A program made the position numbers and the translations under genes. 64,000 bases of DNA from Camelus ferus (Eukaryota): positions 53,384,001 to 53,448,000 of the forward strand of contig NC_045697.1 in the NCBI RefSeq assembly GCF_009834535.1. Reading direction: 5' to 3'. This document shows positions 26,701-36,900 of the stretch, in pieces. The notes beneath the pieces were generated by a model. It worked only from the letters and a program-made list of their open reading frames with translations, had not been told where the DNA came from and ran no database searches. Numbering within the stretch: position 1 is the first letter of the stretch; each line of letters begins with the position of its first letter.

Positions 26701-28893
26701 GAAAGAGAGAATAGCTGGGGGAAAGAAAGAACTTTACCTCTATGCTGTCTGGTTCATTCTGCAAAGAATAAAAAAATAAGTAAAAGGTATTAATTCCATT
26801 AGAGGACAGAGTGGATTAATGGCTGTTGTAGAAGGGTGTGGAAGATTCAGTGTGTAAAATGAGAGCAAATTGCAAATTATATGTTTGAATGCAAGTAAAA
26901 GAGCTAGAAAGAAGCAATAATAATTTAAAATAAATCATGCTAACATATCCTTAACTATTGCACTTGAATAATAAGGTATTAATTAATCATAAATATTTAT
27001 GTAAGTCTATGTGCCTTCTTTCTAAGATGGTTTGTGAGAGCAGATCGATATTCAGTTCAATATTTGACCTGAAGATATTATACCTTAGTGAATGTGAAAC
27101 TGACTTTATAGAGAGGGGAGGCACAGGACTAGAGTCTATGTATTACCGATACACCACCACTTAAGTTCCACAGTTAGAGTGAGTTCTCAGAACATAGACT
27201 AGAACACTCACTTGAAAGACTTCTGGGTACCTGAGAGGATATTTCTGTGAAAAACAAAGCAAGAATTATATAACAATAAAATAAAACAAAAAGCAATCAA
27301 AGTACAATAATAATAAGATCACAATATACATATAATACTATGAATTTAATGTTGCTATTTAAGAAAAGTTTGTATTTTAATAGCTAAATCTGTCTGACAC
27401 CAAGTTTTTCTGGGAGGAAAAAATATATTTTATTGACAAAAATTTAAAAAGTAAATTATTTCCTCTCTTTAGAGTATGGTGGAGAATTGAGAAAACTATG
27501 TAAAAAGACTTCAAAAAAACCCCCAAAAAACTCTGAACTAGTTTGAGTTAATCCAGAATGATAAAGAAATGATTTAGTTTTCTGAACAATTTATATTACA
27601 TGGTAGTTCTAAAGGTGACTTTAAACCATTATACATTTTTGGAGCAAAATGTATACTTTTCCTAATTAAATGTTGCTTGTCTGGATTTTATTTCTATCAC
27701 CAATTAAATCATACAAAAATTTATCTCAATCTTCATTTTAACTGTGGAGACAAAATTTATGTTTGTTAGGTGGTAACATTAAAAATGATGTGGGTTATTT
27801 TGGAATAGGACTGTAGGAAACTATTTTTTTACTGGGGAAACTATACCCATTTCATTTGTAAAAGAACAAGATAAGGACTACTCCAATGATACATTTCTGA
27901 AGGACTTGGATTTATTTTTGTAACTTACTGTCAGAGATTTCTTTCTATTAGTGTTTAGGGTGTAGCATAAACAAAACTCTGTTAAGAAGTTAAGAAGTTG
28001 AGTTCTTGGTGATCCTGCATTTTCTAAATATGGATATAGAAAATTAGAGTCCAATAGAGTATCTCAGCATTTCAGAAACTTGCATCTGTATTTGATAGTT
28101 TCAATATCCAAGCATCCAAGACCATTATTTTATCTGAATTGTTTTCTTGTCAGGTGATTCCTGTTTACTCCTTTCACTGCACTAGCTGTGCATCACAAGG
28201 GAAAACAGAATAACTTTTTGCTTTATGTAAGTAACTGAATAGTTTTTTGTTTTATTTTTGAGAAGGGTTATTTTAATTTACATTATCTAATTTCACTGTC
28301 TATAGGGACCACAAACAATTCAATCTCCAAATCAGCAGAATGAGCCTGATTTTCTATACCTGGGGAAATTTTGGTTGACTCAAGACATCTCAACTAAGGG
28401 TTGACTTAGGCTCCAAAAGTAGAAAATACTGGACTATACGGCTTTATGTTATATTTGGTAAAGACATACATTGGACACATATGTTTACAAATACGCTAAT
28501 TCTGTAACGGATGCAGGGAAAGAGCTTCATGTCATTCTTTGATGCTCTTTGTTACATTGTTTGATACCTTATTTCTTCTATTCTTTACTTTTTTATTATT
28601 ATTATTATTTTTTATCATGAGAGATTTATATTTCAAGCAGAGATTTTATTTGGAGTCAAGACTGAATGAACTACATAATAATGACCAAAATGTGAAGGAT
28701 TATCATAGTTTTAATATCAAGACTTCAATAGCTAATTAGAGATCATCCAACACTTTATTATTCTCAGTATCTTGTGTTTGATGTGATATCAGGTGATTTC
28801 AACCAGGAACCCAGAACCTTCTAAGTTCTCTGTGGTACTCACAGGCCTGGCAAGCGCAACAGCCACAAGGCAGGTAAGGATGAGAAGCTTCAT
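15168..28893 (-). CDS. CSN1S1: Alpha-s1-casein, 230-aa long form, spliced from exons 2-20; stop codon split TG|A across exons 19/20
   Basis: 18 amino-acid-coding exons sum to 690 nt and give MKLLILTCLVAVALARPKYPLRYPEVFQNEPDSIEEVLNKRKILELAV...GGKTDVMPQWW; all introns GT-AG. Confidence 0.99.
15759..15919 (-). CDS. CSN1S1: CSN1S1 exon 19 (PFPQFFQLG...MPQWW + TG)
   Basis: ctctag/ ... TGGTGGTG/gtaagt, 161 nt. Confidence 0.98.
16703..16726 (-). CDS. CSN1S1: CSN1S1 exon 18 (EQAYFHLE, skippable)
   Basis: gttaag/ ... /gtaaat, 24 nt. Confidence 0.95.
17693..17729. repeat. (AC)18 microsatellite abutting the exon 17 donor
   Basis: Directly visible. Confidence 0.97.
17735..17761 (-). CDS. CSN1S1: CSN1S1 exon 17 (GEPVKVVTQ)
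   Basis: ccccag/ ... /gtaact, 27 nt. Confidence 0.96.
18589..18630 (-). CDS. CSN1S1: CSN1S1 exon 16 (EQLYRINEDNHPQL)
   Basis: atacag/ ... /gtaata, 42 nt. Confidence 0.96.
18957..18998 (-). CDS. CSN1S1: CSN1S1 exon 15 (KLIPRVKLSSHPYL)
   Basis: taacag/ ... /gtaata, 42 nt. Confidence 0.96.
19094..19111 (-). CDS. CSN1S1: CSN1S1 exon 14 (EAIRDQ)
   Basis: tcttag/ ... /gtaagt, 18 nt. Confidence 0.95.
20474..20515 (-). CDS. CSN1S1: CSN1S1 exon 13 (EELHRLNKYKLLQL)
   Basis: gaatag/ ... /gtaata, 42 nt. Confidence 0.96.
21376..21420 (-). CDS. CSN1S1: CSN1S1 exon 12 (QKDILKEDMPSQRYL)
   Basis: ttttag/CAGAAG ... /gtaaaa, 45 nt. Confidence 0.96.
21512..21535 (-). CDS. CSN1S1: CSN1S1 exon 11 (EVVSSTTE)
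   Basis: tttaag/ ... /gtgaga, 24 nt. Confidence 0.95.
22336..22365 (-). CDS. CSN1S1: CSN1S1 exon 10 (RKESGSSSSE, phosphoserine cluster)
   Basis: tttaag/ ... /gtaaat, 30 nt. Confidence 0.95.
23238..23819 (+). mobile_element. ERV1-like solo LTR in CSN1S1 intron 9, antisense to the gene
   Basis: tgttag...ctgaca termini; U5-type ending ctgaattctttctgcgaggagacaagaacc; retained CpGs; no clean TSD seen and 5' boundary uncertain. Confidence 0.7.
24029..24052 (-). CDS. CSN1S1: CSN1S1 exon 9 (DHIMEDTE)
   Basis: tctcag/ ... /gtaaga. Confidence 0.96.
24703..24726 (-). CDS. CSN1S1: CSN1S1 exon 8 (DTRNEPTE)
   Basis: tgacag/ ... /gtaaga. Confidence 0.96.
25371..25391 (-). CDS. CSN1S1: CSN1S1 exon 7 (ENIDELK)
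   Basis: cttaag/ ... /gtaagg, 21 nt. Confidence 0.95.
25834..25857 (-). CDS. CSN1S1: CSN1S1 exon 6 (VSPIQFRQ)
   Basis: ctgtag/ ... /gtaaga. Confidence 0.96.
26300..26338 (-). CDS. CSN1S1: CSN1S1 exon 5 (EVLNKRKILELAV)
   Basis: ctacag/ ... /gtaagt, 39 nt. Confidence 0.96.
26738..26758 (-). CDS. CSN1S1: CSN1S1 exon 4 (NEPDSIE)
   Basis: ttgcag/ ... /gtaaag, 21 nt. Confidence 0.95.
27212..27244 (-). CDS. CSN1S1: CSN1S1 exon 3 (KYPLRYPEVFQ)
   Basis: tcacag/ ... /gtgagt, 33 nt. Confidence 0.96.
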
Positions 28894-28905
28894 GGTGGTC
28901 AAGAC
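28843..28905 (-). CDS. CSN1S1: CSN1S1 exon 2 (ATG at 28893, signal peptide MKLLILTCLVAVALARP)
   Basis: acctag/GTCTTGACCACCATG...AGGCCT/gtgagt, 63 nt. Confidence 0.98.
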
Positions 28906-30324
28906 CTAGGTAAGAAAACAACAGAAAAAGAGTAAGGTCTGATAATAAAATTTGGTTTCATATGAAAAAAAAAATCCTTGATTTCCCAACAAAGGAGTGT
29001 GTTATAATAAAAATAGTTTCATTTGTTTAATATTTTTACTAATTTAAATTTTTAATTTTGCTATTCAATATAAATGTTAATCATTCAAATTATCTTGCTT
29101 AGTGCTTGTGTGAGATAAGAAATACCAGTCTCTTATTAATATTTTTATTCACTAACACTCTAAAACAACGCATTTGATCCATGAAGTGGTAATAGGGTTT
29201 TGTCAGAAGAATAGAGAGGCATTCATATTTAAATACTACTCAATTTTTAAATATTTCAGTTAAAATTAAAAAAAATTCCTCTTAGATCATTAGATTTGTT
29301 AAAATGTATAGTAAACTAAAACCCACTGAACCCATTTAATTTAATCTGACATTTAAAAAAAATGTCTTTCTCTTTTAAATCTATTTTAGAGCATCCTGCT
29401 CATTCAGAGTCTTTAAGAAAAACACTGTTGGTGCATTATATAGAAACTTATCTTCCATGAATTATTTTCTTAAAGAATTTAGCCATTATTTTATATTTTG
29501 CTGCATTGGTATATCCATGACATGACTATATGAGGAAGACTGAACTGGACAGAATCATAAGATTCAGATGTCATATCATGTTTGACTTCTAGAGTTCCAT
29601 CAAATTATAAGAACCTAGAAATACTTTCATTTACATGTGCTAGAAAAATGGTTTCCAGAAAAATTAGAAAAAATACAGATCATACATACTTTATTCAACA
29701 AACTAATACCGCCATATTTTATATATACTGTTTCAGTTTACAAACTGCAGAATCTGAATGCATTAGTAAAGAAGACATATTTATAAACCCAAAATAAATT
29801 TACTACTTTTATCCACTTGCATCCTTCTGAATATCCAACTATAACCATCTTTACAAAAGTAGTTAGTTATATCTATTTGTCTATCTTTGACATATCCTTT
29901 ATAGAATTAATTTAATTAAACTTATGCATGGAAAAAAGTGGCCTTGAAATATTCTACCAGAAATGCTCTTATCCATGACACTTAAAAAGATTATAAATTA
30001 TTCTGCATAACAACTTTCCATAGAATTGAACAAAGATAATTCAACTTACTTCACCACAAGTCTTTACTGAAATTATGTATCTACTTTTTCATCTATGAGA
30101 ATTTAGTTACCAAGTCATCAAAAAATTATTTGATGTTTATAAAACTATATGATTTTTCACCTAAAGCTAAAGATAGATAGTATCAACATTTGCAAATGCA
30201 TTTTTAAGCTACAGACACCAAGTTATCAATATTTGAAAAGTTACAAATGCATATAAATGAGGAGTGGAAAGAAAGTTTAGACAAAGTGAAATCATCATAA
30301 TTTTGCCATATGTAAACATAATAC

Positions 30325-30377
30325 CTTGAACCCAAGACTGGGAAGAAGCAGCAAACTTGGTTGATGATCAAGGAGAT
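30325..30377 (-). other. CSN1S1: CSN1S1 exon 1 (non-coding, 53 nt)
   Basis: ATCTCCTTGATCATCAACC...GGGTTCAAG/gtatta, typical casein exon 1, ~25 nt downstream of TTTAAATA. Confidence 0.92.
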
Positions 30378-30400
30378 GACAGATCTCTTTATTTCACAAC

Positions 30401-30530
30401 TATTTAAATCTAATCATTAGTAAGATGCTAATTTTGTGGTTTCAATTCAACCAATAGGTTTATTTAAATTCTAAGAATCCTCTCAAATAGGAAATTAATT
30501 TTCTGTCCAATTCTTCTCCAAGAAATTCTG
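30401..30530 (-). promoter_or_regulatory. CSN1S1 proximal promoter: TATA-like TTTAAATA 30401-30408, octamer-like ATTAGCAT 30425-30432, RUNX ACCACA 30435-30440, STAT5 GAS TTCTTAGAA 30469-30477
   Basis: Motifs read directly; the arrangement matches calcium-sensitive casein promoters. Confidence 0.9.
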
Positions 30531-33299
30531 AGGAGAGTTTTCAACAAAGGAGTGATTCATGCTATGACAGCAAATTATACAAGGAATAGAATGACATTAT
30601 TCAAAATTAAAATACAAAAAATTTAGATTAATGGTAATTATGAGAACACAGTTTTATGTTAAATGAATAATTGGAAAGACTGTTACATCAATAAGATTCC
30701 CTTTATTTTTGAATTTTTAAAAATTTCAAAATCTATAAAGAAAATTCTTTGGACAAAACAGGGTCTTCAAAAGTTTTCAAATTTTATCAGCTTACTAGAC
30801 CATGAAAAGAATTCATTATCTATTTCACCTTTTAAACTCAGTTTGTTTCCTATTATTTATTTTAATTGTTTACTTTGTGGAGTAACATTATATGTAGTAT
30901 GATCTATTTTTTCCAAAAAGAAAATACAGCTGTCCTATAAAATTTGGTGGTATCATTAACCACACCAAATAATTTTTGTTTTCTTTATTTTGAGTGTGTT
31001 TGTTATGACAGCATTCATTCATTAATTTCATTATTAGATTGTTTAATTGAAAGTAATAATTATTCAAGAATTATAATTTTAAAATGTTGCAAAAAATCAA
31101 TTCTGATATTCCACCTTTTAAAGTAAATAAAAAGAAAAAATGAAAATTCTTCTCTCCAAATCTTAATTGTACTCTTAGAATTAAGTGGCATAATACACTT
31201 AAAAACTATTATATGCTAGAGAAAATATCCATACATAGAGTTTTTACAAATTATTGTTGATTGTGACTGCTTATTTACAAAGAAAGAGTCATTCATATTA
31301 CATTTTAAATTTTAAAAAAGCTTTAATGATATTTACAGTCTATTCACAGTTATATGACAGGAACATTACTTTGGGTTAAAAGAAATTTCAAAGTGGTTCA
31401 GACTCTCTACACTGGGGATAGAAAAAGATTGCAGTTTTCCATATTGAAGTTCTCTTTCGATAATAGTTCCGTGCTGACTGCATCACATCAGTTTCAGCAG
31501 GTACTAGTCTTTTTTTTTTTCCTGTTTACTCTTATTTATTCAAGGGGCTGAGGACAAACATCCTCAGCTGCACTATAATACCTTGCTTTTGTCTTTACCT
31601 AAGAGTGTATCCAGCATAACTGACTTATTTTACTCCCAACTCAAAATCATACTATATGAAAATTGACTGTAATTTGTGAAAAGCTACTGAAACCTCATTT
31701 GTTTGTTCATTATTTTTTTTACTTATTCACAGAGATGTAGAAACTAGACAAGGCACTGGGAATATAAAAATTGATCAAGACAAAATTCCTAGTCTCACAA
31801 TATAATGGATAATTAATATACAAAAAAGCAAATAATTTTAGTATGTTTAATGTTAATACTTTTGATAGCCCCAAAATAGAGATTTAAACAGGGCCCCGGA
31901 GTACCTATGAACAGATGAAACTGGAGGGAGACTGCACAAGTCTTCTTAGATAGATTTGATAATAATAAGCCTTGCCATCAAGTGGGAATAATCAGACTTT
32001 TTTAAAAGTCTAATCTGTGTCATAAGACAAGCAAAGTCTTAATGAACTTGTGTAACTACTGTGGGAATTCTCCTGAACTCAAAATCCAGATTTTTCTGTC
32101 TCGTATGGACAAGGATCAGTTTCCACTTTGTCTTAATGGGTTTGTATTTTTTAATAAATCATTCTTATCATTGTAAAATATAATTGTTCATTGTAGATTC
32201 ATACAATGCCAAATCCTGTAAAATTCGAGCCTACATATATTTGCTTTATATTGATATTTTCCATTTGCTTTTATCACTTTCACCACTAAAATAAGGCTCA
32301 AATTTGAGACACATATTTAGACAATTTGTAGTCAGATGAGCCTTTGCCCTATGAGTTAAGAAAAAAATGAGACTACTACCTAAATATCAATTTTCTAATG
32401 TAATAAATTCATACATAGTGTGAACATATAATTGATCATACAACATTGAACATTTATGATAATGAAGTGTCTACTCTTAACAGTTGTAACAAAACAACAG
32501 ACATAAACCAGGACAATTTTAAGCACACCAGCACATAGCTATTGTAGTGACAACTGGTGTTGAAAATGCAACAGAATCCCCAAACAAATGAAAGTGGATA
32601 TAGGTCAGCTAAGAGAAAACTAAGTAGAGAGCTTTCTTGTTTTTCAAGTTTCAATATTGGAAAAATTCTTTCTTTGAAGTCATACTTATTAGAAAAGCTA
32701 ATTAGCACAAAAATAAGAGGGAACAATATTAGCAATAGACATTTTAAAGGTTTTTGAAAAGAAAAATACTATGAGCCAAGAGGTAAACTTTACTACACAA
32801 GGTTGTGTATACTGTTGCTACATATTCTGGTCCAGATTCAAATCTCTTTTATGAGACAGTCAATAATTCGGAACATGACGTTTCAAAGCTAGTTTGTCAA
32901 AACGCTCTCGGGAACATTTGAGTTTATGACTAGTGAGTCTTCTAGGTAAATGTCCTTAATTATGTAACAGACAGTTAACCTTCCAGAAGGAAATTTACTG
33001 AGAAGAGTGAAAGATATTTTTTTTCTGTAGAAATCCACGTGCCAATTTGAATCTAAGGGGGAATTCACAATGCATTCTTAATAACTGCTCTTAGGTATTG
33101 TACAAATGGAACCTTGGCACCCAGGGCTACAATGGAATTCCTTTCAGGAAGCTGCTGTATATTATGAATATACGATGGCTCTGGAAATATAGAACCTGTG
33201 CTTAAGTTTATGTTTGTATTTAGAACGATGTTCCTTTTTAACTCATTGGTGCTCTGTCAGTAGGTCTCTGGTGATCTTATATAAAACACATAGCCTAAG

Positions 33300-33520
33300 T
33301 AAAGCAGTATAATGTGGTTGCAAGACAAGGCTTCGGGGTCAATTGTAAGTTTAATTTCTGGCTCTCAGTGACCAGCAGTGTAATCTTGCAAAACCAATGT
33401 GTCTCAATGTTCCCATCTGTTCAGTAACATCTACTTTGTGTGGGATTGAGACGAAAAAATGAGGTCACACACTTAGAAGAGTGCCTGAAACAAGAGTAAG
33501 TACTCATTTAAGATTATCCA
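33300..33520 (+). mobile_element. MIR SINE
   Basis: gcagtataatgtggttgcaagac...tctcaatgttcccatctgt...cacttagaagagtgcctg. Confidence 0.6.
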
Positions 33521-33791
33521 TTATTAGAACATGATTTTTTAAAGCCTCAACTAATATTTTATATCCAAATTATCTTCCTACTTCATGGATTTTCTAACTT
33601 TCGAGAATTTATGAATTATACTTTTATATTTGTATGTGCATAGAAAAGGTATAGAAGGGTAAAGACAAAATATTTGATAGAACAACTAAAGAAAGCTTGG
33701 AAGAGGCTGTGAGAGGGGAATAGAAAGAACTTCAGTCTTTTCATGAATGAAATCTTGTACGATTTGATATTCACAGAACAGTTAATTAAGA

Positions 33792-33955
33792 CAGTGCTTC
33801 TCAAACTTTAATGTGCTTATAAATCACTAGGGCACCTTGTTAAAATTCAGATTCAGATTCTGTAGGTCTGAGGTGTGTCCTGAGATCTTGAATTTTTAAC
33901 AAGTTCTCAGGTGGTGTCACTGTTGGTGATCTATGTGACACACTTTGAGTAGCCA
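33792..33955. mobile_element. MER5-like hAT MITE
   Basis: cagtgcttctcaaactttaatgtgc...ggtctgaggtg...cacactttgagtagc. Confidence 0.7.
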
Positions 33956-36900
33956 GGAACTGGGAAATTTGAAAATGTATAGTCTTCTCTTTTAAACTTA
34001 CACAATAATGAAAGATTTATATAAAATACCATTGAAAGATACTTAAGATCACATAAAAATTGTAAAAATATGTAACATATGTAGGAAAAACAAAGACACT
34101 AAAAATGCTGAATTGTGTTTCCATGAAAGTGTTCACCTTTACAAAAATGTCTAAAGTAAAGCATTTCCTTATCCAAGCCTAGATTCTTTTTGTAGGTAGA
34201 ATGTCCCAGTGGTAACAGTTTGTCTGTGTACGTGGTACCAATATCACTACCCTTCTCTTACCTCCAACCAAATATTCCGTCATCTTGCCATTAATTAAGC
34301 TTTTATCTACTCAAGACATCTGGGAAAACTGGGCTAAAATTCAACTTCATTAACTAAATCCTACCTAATGAGTTATTCTGAAAGACTGTGTGATTTGGTG
34401 GGTAAAGAGATTTTTGCCTATCAGAAATATCTCTTCTTCTGACTTGACAAAATTTAGTTTTCATAATTCTTAGCTTTCCTGATCCAATCATTGAATGTTC
34501 ATGTTTAAAAATGTTACTATGAGGATAGATGTATTTAACAGGCATCGTTAGATATCAAATTTACCTATCAAATTTGATAGGTTAATAAGCCATCCATCAG
34601 CAGAATAGAAGTTATTCATTTAGTAATCAATTTATATGTTTCTTTACAATGTCTAAAGTTTTCTTAAAATTATTATTCCATTTACTCCTTATAAGGACAA
34701 TGTAATATAGAGAAAGCAGGCACTATTTTCTCTTTTTTGATAAGGAAATCAAACCTTTTATAAGTAAATTAATTTCCATACAATGTCATGCGCCAGCTAA
34801 CAAGTAAGTGGTGACTCAGACCTTCCAACATCAGAGCCTCTGCTTTTTCTAATCTACCATGCTGCTCACTCATTTACTCAACCAGAACACTTTAATGTAT
34901 GTAAGGTATTGCATCTTTAGATAGTTGAGGGAGGAAGAAAGATCCTAGCAAGAGGAGAATGCTTAACATGCATATAAAATGACCTGATTTAAGCCATCAG
35001 GGTGGTATGAGAGTAAGAGGAATCAGCAGATTAAAAACTGTCACAGCACTGGTAAAAACAACCTTCACAATATTTCTGCAGCAGTCTGCAGACTTCCAGA
35101 TATGCACTCTCCTAAATCCAAGTAATGTTGAATACTGCTAGATAATTCCAATGACAATCTTCTGATTCTTTTTCCTGGCAGTAACTGTAACAATATCTAA
35201 TAACAACATTTCTTTATTGATTAACTAATCTTTTCATAGCTAGTAAGAATGTTTGCCACTCTTGTGGAAGTACTGAAGTTACTAAAAGTAAATAATTTAG
35301 AGCAGAGAGGGGAATTTTAGATTTGAAAAAGTTTAAAGATAAAGAAGTTTTTATTAATGACTAAACTAGTGAAGTGAGGTAAAGGTCTTTTGAGTAAAAG
35401 AGGTCAGGAATTTGGGCCCTTTATGTGGATATTGATATGGTCCAGGATCATGGCATGTTTGAAGATGAAATGGAGAACATACCTCTGAACCAAGATCCAT
35501 TAGGGACCCTGATGGGCAGTAAATGGCAACAGTGAGATGAGGGAAAGGGCCAAATTCTAGAATAACAGACACTTCAAGGTAAGGAAGCCCCTTTAGTAAA
35601 GTTAATCCAAAAAGTAAACAGGCAGTGGAAGTAGAATGACAATTCCTTCCTATCCTCTTGCCCTCCAGTTGCAGGTGACAACAGAGAAGGGATTCCTTCC
35701 CCTTTGTTGTAGGGTTATAAAGTGAGATAGCTTTATCTGGGAGATTCAGTTTCACATGTCTTTCTTTCTTGAAAATGGAGATGAGAGAGGTTACTAGCAA
35801 TATAATTAAATTTGTATAGGCACAGAGAGAAGGACTATGAGGAGCTGTGGGGATAGCAGTGTGGTAAAGGAGAAGAGGACACAGCAGGCTGAGACTTTTG
35901 GAACATGGTTGATGATTAAAAGTTATGGTGATGAAGGATGTAGTATAGCAGAAGAACTTTCACTGAGGCATATGAAAAGTCCTATGAAATTTAACACATG
36001 GAAGTAATTTCAAGGTTTAATTTCTAAATGGTTGATATAATAAGTAAAGTACGCTAGAGGTCCAGAAGACAGACAACATATGAAGGAATGATGTGGTCAG
36101 AAATTTGAAATAACTGTTAATGTTTGGGTAAGATCTGGAAAGTTGAGAAGTGAAGGAGAGGTTTACAGACGAGGGAAGTGCTGATGGCTAGTGTCTGGAG
36201 GCATGAAATTAGAACTCTAAAATAATTCTGTTGGGAAAGCAAACCTGTAAATTAACAAATTTTATATGTTGAAAGGTACGATAATATTGAGGAACACAAG
36301 AACATTGAAGGAACATGAAAGGAAGGGTTATTCTCAACGTGAAAAGATTAAGAAAGGAGCCTTGAAAGATGAGTAAAGGTGTATGAACGGAGGTGTGGAG
36401 ACAGGGGAGGGAATTACATGTGGCGAAGGAAAGGTGCCTTAATGGCCTTGGTTTGGAGTGCGCCATAATGGTAATGAGGGAAGTGGTGAGTGACGCAGTT
36501 GAAAAGGAAGGCAGCAAGCAGGACACAGAAGGCCATGCAGTACAAGGAGGAATTTGAAATTGATATTGAGAATTGGAAATTCCCCTGCTGAGGAAGGCAG
36601 ACACCAGAAAGGCTGGCACTCTCTCCTCGTCCTTGAGGTGGACTTTGGTGCTCTTTACGTCAGCCCCGGCCCCTCCCACCACAGTTCTTCCTGGATGTGG
36701 TAACTTCCTCTTGTTTTTTCAAATCAGGATGGTCACGGATTGTTTCAGCCCAGGTACCTCCAGGACCTTCCTCTTCCTCTGCCTGGAAACTCTCTGAGAA
36801 GGATGTTGGAACCAGGTGCCTCCCACTCCAACAATTCACATAGTATGTTCCTGGCCTCCAGTTGCTCTTGTTTCTAAGGAGTCCCCTGAGGACACAAGGA

